Below, in pieces: positions 10,436 through 19,392 of a DNA stretch of 53,244 nt. Origin of the DNA: an uncultured Candidatus Saccharibacteria bacterium (lineage in GTDB: Bacteria > Patescibacteriota > Saccharimonadia > Saccharimonadales > Saccharimonadaceae); assembly GCA_963508115.1 (NCBI GenBank), contig CAUOVX010000001.1:1-53244 (forward strand), given 5' to 3'. A program made the translations under genes and the position numbers. Position 1 is the stretch's first letter; each line of letters starts with the position of its first letter. The notes below the pieces were generated by a model. It had not been told where the DNA came from. It was given only the letters and a program-made list of their open reading frames with translations, and ran no database searches.

Positions 10436-11281
10436 ATGAATTCAAATAACATTTTTATCGTCGGAGCAAATGGTCAATTGGGGCGAGCACTTCGTCAACA
10501 ATATCCAGAAGCACGGTTCGCCGACATAGACGAGATGGACATCACTGACCGCCAATCAGTTGAGTCATTCGACTGGTCAGGGATATCGATAGTTTTAAAC
10601 GCAGCAGCCTTTACTAATGTTGACGGCGCTGAAACACCAGAAGGTCGCGTAGCAGCTTGGAAGGTTAACGCCTCAGCGGTTGCAAACCTAACCCGAGTTT
10701 GCCGCACTCACAACATGACTTTAGTACATATTTCTAGTGATTACGTATTTGACGGAACAAAAGAACCTCATTTTGAAAATGAAGACTTCAGCCCATTGAG
10801 CGTTTATGGCGCCTCAAAAGCAGCTGGAGATTTATTAGTCGAGCAACTCGATAATTTTTACTTGCTGCGCACTACTTGGGTGATTGGCGAAGGTAAAAAC
10901 TTCGTCCGCACTATGCTGGGATTGGCGGAAAAGAACATTTCACCAACTGTTGTTCATGACCAAATTGGCCGATTAACCTTTACTCGTGAATTGGTGAGAA
11001 TTATTGACCACCTGCTATCAACTCAAGCGCCATTCGGAACATATAACGCTACCAACGACGGACCATTAGAAAGCTGGGCGGATATCACTAGGCGGATTTT
11101 TGAGTTAGCTGGGCGCAATGATCTGACCGTTACCAACACAACGACGGCTGAATATTTTGCCGGCAAAGATGGCATCGCCCCTCGACCACTAGGTAGCGAT
11201 ATGAGTCTTGATAAATTACATTCTACTGGGTTTGCCAGTCGTGATTGGACACATGATCTAAAAGATTATATACTGATCTAA
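10436..11281 (+). CDS. rfbD: dTDP-4-dehydrorhamnose reductase
   Basis: [44 protein letters not shown]. Confidence 0.93.
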   Translation: MNSNNIFIVGANGQLGRALRQQYPEARFADIDEMDITDRQSVESFDWSGISIVLNAAAFTNVDGAETPEGRVAAWKVNASAVANLTRVCRTHNMTLVHISSDYVFDGTKEPHFENEDFSPLSVYGASKAAGDLLVEQLDNFYLLRTTWVIGEGKNFVRTMLGLAEKNISPTVVHDQIGRLTFTRELVRIIDHLLSTQAPFGTYNATNDGPLESWADITRRIFELAGRNDLTVTNTTTAEYFAGKDGIAPRPLGSDMSLDKLHSTGFASRDWTHDLKDYILI

Positions 11282-11292
11282 AAGGAGTTTTT

Positions 11293-12150
11293 ATGAAGGG
11301 AATAATTTTAGCAGGTGGATCTGGGACGCGCCTTTGGCCAATCACCCAGGCGATTAGCAAGCAATTAATGCCAATTTATGATAAGCCGATGATTTATTAT
11401 CCGCTTACCACACTGATGCAGGCGGGTATTCGTGACATTTTGATAATTACCACACCAGAAGACCAGGCTGGATTTCAACGACTGCTTGGCGACGGTTCAC
11501 AATGGGGTATTACCCTCAAATATGCCGTTCAGCCTAAACCAGAGGGCTTGGCACAAGCTTTCATCATCGGTGAAGAATTCATCGGTAACGACAAGGTGGC
11601 GTTAGTCCTAGGAGATAATATCTTCCACGGTGAGCGCCTGGATGAGTCTCTACAGGAGTGTACCAATCCTGACGGCGGTACGGTATTTGCCTACAAAGTT
11701 TCCGACCCAGAACGATACGGCGTTGTCGAGTTTGATGAGCAAAATCAAGCCATCTCCATCGAAGAAAAGCCAGCCGAGCCAAAGTCAAACTTTGCTGTTG
11801 TTGGTTTGTATTTCTACGATAATGACGTGGTCGAAATCGCCAAGAACGTCAAACCATCCGACCGCGGTGAGCTAGAAATTACCTCCATCAATGCTGAATA
11901 TCTCCGCCGCGGCAAATTGCAAGTCCAGACTCTAGATAATGGTGATGTTTGGCTAGACACCGGGACGATTGACAGCCTGACCGATGCCTCTGATTTTGTT
12001 CGTGTCATCCAAAAACGGACTGGTCGCATCATTAGTAGTCCGGAAAAAACTGCCTTTAAAAATGGCTGGATCAACCGAGAACAGCTTGACACACTCGCTG
12101 AACCACTGAAAAAATCTGGATATAGTAACTATTTCACAAGGTTGTTATAA
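11293..12150 (+). CDS. rfbA: Glucose-1-phosphate thymidylyltransferase
   Basis: [15 protein letters not shown]...[36 protein letters not shown]. Confidence 0.97.
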   Translation: MKGIILAGGSGTRLWPITQAISKQLMPIYDKPMIYYPLTTLMQAGIRDILIITTPEDQAGFQRLLGDGSQWGITLKYAVQPKPEGLAQAFIIGEEFIGNDKVALVLGDNIFHGERLDESLQECTNPDGGTVFAYKVSDPERYGVVEFDEQNQAISIEEKPAEPKSNFAVVGLYFYDNDVVEIAKNVKPSDRGELEITSINAEYLRRGKLQVQTLDNGDVWLDTGTIDSLTDASDFVRVIQKRTGRIISSPEKTAFKNGWINREQLDTLAEPLKKSGYSNYFTRLL

Positions 12151-12160
12151 TATAGCTAGC

Positions 12161-12865
12161 ATGAAACGAGTTTGTGTTATCATACCTGCCTACAATGAAG
12201 GCGCGGTCATTCAGGATGTTATCAAGAAATCCAAGAAAGTTTTCTCAAAAGCACATAAATCCTATGCTATTGATATTGTGCTTGTCAATGATGGATCAAA
12301 AGACAATACACTCAAACAAGCGCGAGATGGTGGCGCAATCGTTATTGATCACATCTTAAACTCTGGTGCTGGCGGCGCTACCCTGACCGGCCTTACCTAC
12401 GCACGACAAAACGGTTATGATATCGCGGCTACCATGGATGCTGATGGACAACACGACCCAGAGGATGTTCTAGTGGGAATTAGGCAGAGCGACACCTCTG
12501 ATACTGACCTACTCATTGGCAGCCGACTCATCAACAGTGAGGGTATGTCTAGAACTAAAGTTTTAGGAAATAAAGGTCTCAGCTTCATCACCTATGCTCT
12601 GTTTGGAATCAATGTTACCGATTCACAGTCCGGTCTACGAGTTTACTCGCGAAAGGCAATTGACAACCTTGACTGGAAATCAACTGGCTATGAATTTTGC
12701 TCAGAAATGATTTGGCGTGCTAAACAAGCAGGTATGATTATTTCCGAATACCCAATTAAAGCAATCTATACTGACTACTCCCGTGCCAAAGGTCAAAACA
12801 ACTGGAACGCTATTAACATCGTCAAACGACTATTCAAGCAACGACTAACGGAGCTATTCGAATGA
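12161..12865 (+). CDS. GT2 polyprenol-phosphate glycosyltransferase (DPM synthase / GacI-like)
   Basis: IIPAYNE, VNDGSKD, TMDADGQH.P, IGSR, DSQSGLR. Confidence 0.88.
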   Translation: MKRVCVIIPAYNEGAVIQDVIKKSKKVFSKAHKSYAIDIVLVNDGSKDNTLKQARDGGAIVIDHILNSGAGGATLTGLTYARQNGYDIAATMDADGQHDPEDVLVGIRQSDTSDTDLLIGSRLINSEGMSRTKVLGNKGLSFITYALFGINVTDSQSGLRVYSRKAIDNLDWKSTGYEFCSEMIWRAKQAGMIISEYPIKAIYTDYSRAKGQNNWNAINIVKRLFKQRLTELFE

Positions 12866-13212
12866 GATATCTTATCCTCGTACTACTCAATGTGCCGATT
12901 ATCCTGACGGCGCTGATTAATATCATCACTCAATACAAACTACGCAAGGTCAGCACGGCGCGCTTTCGCCATCAGCTCATTATCTGGTTGGTTATTATGA
13001 TTGTTCTGGTAGGATCGTTCCCGATGTATAATATCTCACTTGGACATCCGCCACTTGATTCATCAGAATTAAGCTTGTTTGATATCCTACAAACTACCAC
13101 TATCATCCTCCTGTTCTATATCGCCAATACACAGCGCCAACGTATCGACCAAAACGAACGTAGGCTGCGTGACCTACATCAAGAATTATCAATCAGATTG
13201 TCTAAAAAATAG
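12862..13212 (+). CDS. Small membrane protein, DUF2304 / GacJ-like
   Basis: 116 aa with three TMs and a C-terminal R...L.QELSI motif; translationally coupled (ATGA) to a DPM-like GT2, the usual context for this family. Confidence 0.6.
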   Translation: MRYLILVLLNVPIILTALINIITQYKLRKVSTARFRHQLIIWLVIMIVLVGSFPMYNISLGHPPLDSSELSLFDILQTTTIILLFYIANTQRQRIDQNERRLRDLHQELSIRLSKK

Positions 13213-13221
13213 GTGTACTAT

Positions 13222-14016
13222 CTAGCCTGTGATCATTCTTATCTTTGAGTCATCACCCCAAACCGCCGGTGAATCATATGGTCTGTCAGGAAACGCTCCA
13301 TACTGCAATTTGATATGATAGTGATTGTCTTGTATGTATTGTTCAACCCGCTCAGCTAGACTAACTGGTTTGCCAGAACAAATATTGATTATTCCCGTTA
13401 CCTTATCTTGAGTGATAGTCGCTAACACTTGATCCGAAAATTCATCAATATGCAAAAAATCATATTTATTTTTGCCTGTCGTGAAAGGAAACTCTGTTTT
13501 ACCGTCAGCAGCAGCTTGTGCGATTTTGGAAAATATCGAGTGGCCGCCCATATCATCACCATAGATATAAAAACCACGCAGCCAATATAAGGTAATGTCG
13601 CTATCTTTTGCGAGCAGCATCATACTTTGCCGCAAGGCATTTTTGGCAACGCCGTATTGAGACAGCGGATCGCACGGTGTCTGCTCATCAATTGCGCCTT
13701 CCCAGTACCCAACCTCATGCATACTACCCATCACCGCCACATTCTTGCCACCATCATGTATATATGACCGCAAGAACTCGTAGTGATGAGATAAGTTTTT
13801 CATATGTTCTGGCGAATTATGCTGAAAGCCATCTCGCCAGGCTAAATGCAGTAAAACATCAGGTTTCTGTAACGCTTCAAATATATTGTCGTGTTGAGCA
13901 AAAATATCGATATCACTCGATCTATCAATAGCTACTACCTCATGGCCATTCTTTTTAGCTAGCGCAGCAATGTGACGCCCGATATATCCACCTGCTCCAG
14001 TGATGGCAATTTTCAC
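13222..14016 (-). CDS. NAD-dependent reductase, Tll-like (dTDP-6-deoxy-L-talose forming)
   Basis: ITGAGGYIG, LLHLAW..GF.H....H, G.MHEVGY..G.ID..TPC.P...YG.AKN.LR, WLR.FYI.GDD, N.CSGKP.SL, YDS.AVWG, motifs recalled from Tll-type enzymes; GTG start. Confidence 0.7.
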   Translation of the reverse strand: MKIAITGAGGYIGRHIAALAKKNGHEVVAIDRSSDIDIFAQHDNIFEALQKPDVLLHLAWRDGFQHNSPEHMKNLSHHYEFLRSYIHDGGKNVAVMGSMHEVGYWEGAIDEQTPCDPLSQYGVAKNALRQSMMLLAKDSDITLYWLRGFYIYGDDMGGHSIFSKIAQAAADGKTEFPFTTGKNKYDFLHIDEFSDQVLATITQDKVTGIINICSGKPVSLAERVEQYIQDNHYHIKLQYGAFPDRPYDSPAVWGDDSKIRMITG

Positions 14017-14810
14017 CCGTTGCTCCGCTCACTGAGTCGATATACTGATGAGATGATTTTAGCTATCGGTTTTGGCCAAAACTTTGACAAGATCATATAC
14101 TCTTCTCTGGCACGGGCATTGTCGCCAATCGCTTTGGTGGTAATTGAACCTTCATGGATACGATGACCCATTAGTGATTTTTTAATATACCCAAAGCCAT
14201 AGGTATTTTTAGATAATTTTTCCCATGCCCAATAATCAAACGTTGCTATCAAATCAGATTCAAAAACTGGAAGATTGTAGTGACCTTTTACAAAAGTTAC
14301 GGCTGGACAGCAAATTGGATCACCAAAAGACAGAAGCAATCTCTTAGTGAATCGACTTTTTTTGGAAATCGCCAGCGGCCAGCAGAGCATATTTTTAATA
14401 ACTAAATTTAGAGATTTAGTCACCGCAAAATTGCCTTTGATGTCATACGCCCTAGTAAAGATAATGCAACTATCTTGATGTTTTTCATAGTACGCAACCA
14501 CCTCTGAAGAATAATTATAGTCATATATTTCATCGTGGTTAGCGACGGTGGTTAGCGACGTCTTAGAAACTGACAACCCAAAATCAAAATCACTCGCAGC
14601 ACCCTTGCCCCTATCCTTCTCTGGTCGAGCAATTACTTTTAAGCCATACTTTTTAGCGATAGCATTAATGAAATCATTTGGTGTTGATGTAGCAATTACA
14701 ACATCACTGTTGTATTGCTGATTCATCACAGACTTAATACAGTCTTCCAAAAATGGCGATTCTTTATAGGCTAAAACAACAAAAGTGTGCTGCGATTTAC
14801 TGCTCATCAT
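14013..14810 (-). CDS. GT2 family glycosyltransferase
   Basis: HTFVVLAYKESPFLEDCIKS, divergent DxD (NHDE), ICCPAVTF, HRIH..S.T. Confidence 0.8.
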   Translation of the reverse strand: MMSSKSQHTFVVLAYKESPFLEDCIKSVMNQQYNSDVVIATSTPNDFINAIAKKYGLKVIARPEKDRGKGAASDFDFGLSVSKTSLTTVANHDEIYDYNYSSEVVAYYEKHQDSCIIFTRAYDIKGNFAVTKSLNLVIKNMLCWPLAISKKSRFTKRLLLSFGDPICCPAVTFVKGHYNLPVFESDLIATFDYWAWEKLSKNTYGFGYIKKSLMGHRIHEGSITTKAIGDNARAREEYMILSKFWPKPIAKIISSVYRLSERSNG

Positions 14811-15790
14811 TTCTTCCTCGCAAATTTGCGATTAACCGCCCAGGCGTACAGTTTAACAATTATTGATTGTGGCAATAAGTCATACAGTCGCCAGTTCATA
14901 TCCTTCTTGGCTACTGGCATCATAGTATTTTTCCACGGCGTCAGGTGTAGATATTTACGCCACAAAATACCAACTGGGTTTTCATTGCCTTGCTGCCACG
15001 GCCGACCATTCATGCCAAACTGTGAGTGAATAATCTTCGGTGTGTAGTAACTCTCCATAATCTCATCATAACTGTAAAAGCTTTCAGGCAAGAAACCGTT
15101 AGCTTTGATGTATTTTTTAATATCATAGCCATAGAACACAGTCGAGAAATTATACTCCACACCAACCTTCTTGATCTTGCCTTTGAAAAATACATTACAT
15201 AGATCTTGGTCAGCCACCTCATAGTGATTATGTCGCAAATGCTCGCGCATCTTGGCATCAATCTTATCTTTCATCCATTTTTTGTGATTAATCAGCATAA
15301 TTCCGCAGTTAAAGTAGCCGTCGGTTGGTTTCAAACCGATGACCTCTTTATGTGCGTTTACCATAGTAGCGTCATATGACAATGCCATTACATTATCTTC
15401 AAAATCAAGTTCCAAAAGACCATCGAGCGCTCCGCTGATAACCGTGTGTGGGTTAATGTACAAGATTCGGTCTGTTTTGATATCAAGCTTAGCAAACGCC
15501 AGCATTTTATACCATGTGATATACAGCCCCTTCCACGCCTTGACGCCGATCTCTTTCAGTTCATCAGGGTAGCTTGAGACATCAACAAACGTGATTGTGG
15601 CATTTTGGTAGTTACCAACCATTTTATTAAACTTATTGATGCTAGCTTTTTTGAGCTGGTGTCCGAGATAAAAAATATTAACCTCTTTCAAGTGTTTGTT
15701 GTTTTCCAAAAGTGACACAATGGAGATTGCACTAACTACGACATAGTTGTCATCACTCTGGTATATAACGTTTAGAGTTCCTTTATTCAT
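14807..15790 (-). CDS. GT8 family glycosyltransferase
   Basis: SDDNYV....ISIVSLLENN, YFNCGIMLIN..KW, DQDLCN, P.IIH, RPW; the DxD position reads YINPH. Confidence 0.82.
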   Translation of the reverse strand: MNKGTLNVIYQSDDNYVVVSAISIVSLLENNKHLKEVNIFYLGHQLKKASINKFNKMVGNYQNATITFVDVSSYPDELKEIGVKAWKGLYITWYKMLAFAKLDIKTDRILYINPHTVISGALDGLLELDFEDNVMALSYDATMVNAHKEVIGLKPTDGYFNCGIMLINHKKWMKDKIDAKMREHLRHNHYEVADQDLCNVFFKGKIKKVGVEYNFSTVFYGYDIKKYIKANGFLPESFYSYDEIMESYYTPKIIHSQFGMNGRPWQQGNENPVGILWRKYLHLTPWKNTMMPVAKKDMNWRLYDLLPQSIIVKLYAWAVNRKFARKK

Positions 15791-15801
15791 GCCTGCAATT
15801 C

Positions 15802-16659
15802 CTATCCATTAACCGGCAGTTGTTTAATGTAGTCTTTCAACATGTCCGTATAGTCTCTTGGTGTGAAACCCGCTCGACGCAACTTCGACAAATCCATATC
15901 ACTGTTGAGCGGTCGTGGCGCAAAGCCTGGTTTACTGGCTGCATATTCCTCGGTGGAAATCGGCTGCACACGGTTACGGTCATGTCCAGCATATTCAAAA
16001 ACATCGGCAGCAATTTCATACCATGATTTGACTGGACCACTATTTGATACATTATATAGTCCGTACGCCACGTTATTGTCCAAGAAATATTTGGTAGCTC
16101 GAGCAATCTCTGACGCAAATGTCAGCCGACCAAATTGATCATTAACCACTTTTGGATTGATGCGCATATCCGCCAAGTTTTTCATGGTTTTTGGCATATT
16201 ATGTCCATCGCCAACAACCCATGACACTCGCATAATGTAGTGTTTTGGCACTAAACTAACCGCCAAATCGCCCGCCGCCTTACTTTCACCATAGACCAGT
16301 AGCGGTGCAACAACTTCATCGTCTTGGTGGTTCTTTTCACGACCATCCCAAACATAATCTGACGAATAATGAACAAGTGTTTTGTTTTGCTCAATCGCAA
16401 TTTTGGCGAGGTTGCGTGGACCATAAGCATTAGCTAGCCACGTCTTAGCACGTAGTTCGTCTGTCTCAGAACCATCGGCATTAACCAAAGCTGCTGCATT
16501 GATGATAACGTCGTATTTTGACCAGTCAAACGCCTTTACTTGCTCCTCATCGGCTATATCCAACTCTTCTCGAGACAGTGCCTTGGCATCTGGAAACATG
16601 GTACACAATGCCTTGCCTAGCTGTCCACCTGCTCCTAAAATTACGTATTTTTTACTCAT
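15802..16659 (-). CDS. rfbD: Second dTDP-4-dehydrorhamnose reductase (RfbD family paralogue)
   Basis: GAGGQLG, HYSSDYVWDG, YGESK, VVNDQFGRLTF, APRPLNSDM; colinear with the 10436 paralogue. Confidence 0.85.
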   Translation of the reverse strand: MSKKYVILGAGGQLGKALCTMFPDAKALSREELDIADEEQVKAFDWSKYDVIINAAALVNADGSETDELRAKTWLANAYGPRNLAKIAIEQNKTLVHYSSDYVWDGREKNHQDDEVVAPLLVYGESKAAGDLAVSLVPKHYIMRVSWVVGDGHNMPKTMKNLADMRINPKVVNDQFGRLTFASEIARATKYFLDNNVAYGLYNVSNSGPVKSWYEIAADVFEYAGHDRNRVQPISTEEYAASKPGFAPRPLNSDMDLSKLRRAGFTPRDYTDMLKDYIKQLPVNG

Positions 16660-17912
16660 AACTCCCCTTTATCTTTGTCAATTATTATAGCATCTTTTAG
16701 CGACCGCTTGTAGATGACTAACAAAAGTGCTAGTTGCAAAAAGCTGATCAGCATAAAAACTAGCACACTGCCTAACATCGCCAATCGCTCAATCAAACAC
16801 ATAGACACTGCTACCGCCAAAATATCCGTGAGTAGTAATGTATAAAACTGTCCCTTAAACCGACGCATGATGATTAGTAGGTTAACATAAATTGATACAA
16901 AAGCGTTCGCCGCCGCACCAATCACCATAATTGTTAAATCGAGTTGGAAATTATTAATATTGATGCCAAAAATAACGTTAAGTACCCAAACACCAATCAA
17001 ATAACTCAGAACAACCGAAAGCACGCCTATGCCAAAAGTTATGTGATTAATTTTACTAACAACTTGCGCAAATTCTTTTAACTTTCTTTTTACTAATAGT
17101 TCAGATAGATTCACCACATTTGGCTGAATGATAAACGAGATAAAGAGTCCAAGAAGCGTAATCGGCATCGCCATAATACCAAAATAACCAATCTGGTCAG
17201 GATGCGATTTATCTAAAAAATACCGTGGGATATTGAGTGAAAACATCGTCAAAAACATCACAACAAACACCGCTGAAGTGTGTTTCATGATAGCAACAGC
17301 CTGAGCGATATATTCTTTGCATAGTTTTTTACTTACGTTAATAACTTCAACGCGTCGCACCCAAAGTATATCGTAGAGGAATATGATAAGCACATTAACC
17401 AACAATATCGCCAATGTACCGTATATGACATTTTTGGTGACAATGTCAACCGCCATGAACGCCGCAAAACCAAGCATCGCTTTCATGGTTAATGACATAC
17501 CAGCGACATATAATTTATGATGAATTTGTAAAACACCATACAGCGAGTCAGCAATTGATTCTAGAATTTTAAAGGTTACCAAAATCATAATTAAGCCTGT
17601 TTTTGTGGTGCTATATCCGTTCAGTACACAAAATGCTATTGCGGAAATCGCCACAATAAGTGATGCGACAAAGCGTACAGCAACATAACCACCACTTGAG
17701 AATTCCCGCTTAACATCAGACACTTGATAGGTCCGACCACCCCATAAAGAAACCGCCCAAAACACCACTGAAAGTGACAACGCAAACGAAAACAGTCCAG
17801 AATCATCAATGCCGTTTAGTCGAGTGATGACAATTAGTAATACCGGAGAGATCGCACTCTGCAACAGTGAGCCCAGCGAGTTCCAGAGATAATCTTTTTT
17901 GATATTTTGCAT
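16656..17912 (-). CDS. Wzx/MOP-family polysaccharide flippase
   Basis: About 12 TMs; N-terminal K..LWNSLG......PVLL..ITRL...D.GLFS, R.YQVSD, PRYFLD. Confidence 0.8.
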   Translation of the reverse strand: MQNIKKDYLWNSLGSLLQSAISPVLLIVITRLNGIDDSGLFSFALSLSVVFWAVSLWGGRTYQVSDVKREFSSGGYVAVRFVASLIVAISAIAFCVLNGYSTTKTGLIMILVTFKILESIADSLYGVLQIHHKLYVAGMSLTMKAMLGFAAFMAVDIVTKNVIYGTLAILLVNVLIIFLYDILWVRRVEVINVSKKLCKEYIAQAVAIMKHTSAVFVVMFLTMFSLNIPRYFLDKSHPDQIGYFGIMAMPITLLGLFISFIIQPNVVNLSELLVKRKLKEFAQVVSKINHITFGIGVLSVVLSYLIGVWVLNVIFGININNFQLDLTIMVIGAAANAFVSIYVNLLIIMRRFKGQFYTLLLTDILAVAVSMCLIERLAMLGSVLVFMLISFLQLALLLVIYKRSLKDAIIIDKDKGEL

Positions 17913-17926
17913 ACAGTCGCCTCACG

Positions 17927-19357
17927 TTACGGGGTATACATGAAATACCGCTGGAACGTTATCAATAGCGCCATTATCACCAATAACAAAATGATTAGCG
18001 ATGAAATCATGATGATATTTTTCTTATCTTGAGGTTTTAGCTCAGCGCCTCGACCCAAAAATATCGCCATGAAAATTATGATAAGTGTTGGCAAGAAATA
18101 GCGACCTTGGACCCCGTAGATGATGTCAAAGTTATATGGTGTATACGTTAGATAGATAGCTACATTAACTGCAACAAAGTGTACCGCGGCCAAACCTACA
18201 GCTAACCAACGCCAAGAGTTCGGGATAGTAAGCTTACTCTTGTCCTTTCCTAACGATACCGTTGCTGTCATTCCTAACACAAAGATGTATATATAACCCA
18301 TCCATAATGGATATAGTGTATCGGCCGCACCAAAAGTACCAATTACACCTCGAGCCTCATCATCACCAAATGATGTCATATATGAATTCCACAAAACACG
18401 AGGTCCTCGTCTTGGATGTTCTTTGAGATTCTGTAATTGTTTATCTGATTGTATATTTTGAGGCAATGAATCACTTCTGTATTCATATTCGCCTGCATTG
18501 TTCGCCATCACTATATTAGCTCCAAGCAGTAATACACTGATAACTGCAGCGGTAATCGACCAACGCCAAAAATGCTTCTTTTTTACCAAAATAATGATCA
18601 ATGGCAAAAATAGATATAGTAACGGTTTAGACCAAACGATCGCACCGCACAGCATAGCTAATTTAATCCATTGGTTACGCTGGATGTCGGTTGATTGTGT
18701 ATATAAGCGCAGTACATATGCAAGGAATAACAACAGTAAAGCATACGATACTCCATCAGTTCCTACCATAGACTGCTGGAATAACATCATTGGCAACAAC
18801 GCAACAAACGTAAATAAATATTTTTTACCCGGTAATAGTTTAATAGCAAAATAAACTATTACCACTGACGCTAAAGCTAATAGTATTCGTGCAATATAGA
18901 GAGAAATAACCGGACTGAGATTAAAGACATTAGCCAAAAATACCCCTGGAACAGCTGGTAAATAGGTTAGAAAATTGTATGAAACCATAGGCGGTTGATA
19001 CCGCTCACTTGGGTTCAATGATTTCTTGACAGCTTGTTTGGTACGATTAAAATCATATTTTTTAGCTGAAAAACCGCGAATCTCATCATCATAGAACGTT
19101 AGTCTCAGCGTCTCACCAACAGACTTTGGCAAACTAGCACCAGTACTCTTTGGGTTAACCGGTATAATATGTCCATGCGCGATATATTGCACACGAATAT
19201 AATGCTCTGGCTCATCAGGACCTTGAAATGGAGGGGTGATGACCGCAAAGCCTAATACACCAATTAATCCAACTATAAGGTAGATTTTATGCGGCTGACT
19301 ACACAGCAACACCAACTTTTTCTTGATAATATCAAGCTTCTCTCGCACCGTCTTCAT
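17927..19357 (-). CDS. DUF2142 / GacL-like GT-C membrane glycosyltransferase
   Basis: ITPPFQGPDEPEHY near the N-terminus, YGVQGRYFLP near the C-terminus, about 11 TMs. Confidence 0.8.
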   Translation of the reverse strand: MKTVREKLDIIKKKLVLLCSQPHKIYLIVGLIGVLGFAVITPPFQGPDEPEHYIRVQYIAHGHIIPVNPKSTGASLPKSVGETLRLTFYDDEIRGFSAKKYDFNRTKQAVKKSLNPSERYQPPMVSYNFLTYLPAVPGVFLANVFNLSPVISLYIARILLALASVVIVYFAIKLLPGKKYLFTFVALLPMMLFQQSMVGTDGVSYALLLLFLAYVLRLYTQSTDIQRNQWIKLAMLCGAIVWSKPLLYLFLPLIIILVKKKHFWRWSITAAVISVLLLGANIVMANNAGEYEYRSDSLPQNIQSDKQLQNLKEHPRRGPRVLWNSYMTSFGDDEARGVIGTFGAADTLYPLWMGYIYIFVLGMTATVSLGKDKSKLTIPNSWRWLAVGLAAVHFVAVNVAIYLTYTPYNFDIIYGVQGRYFLPTLIIIFMAIFLGRGAELKPQDKKNIIMISSLIILLLVIMALLITFQRYFMYTP

Positions 19358-19392
19358 ATAGCACTAATTATACACTTATGTTCGCTGTTTTG

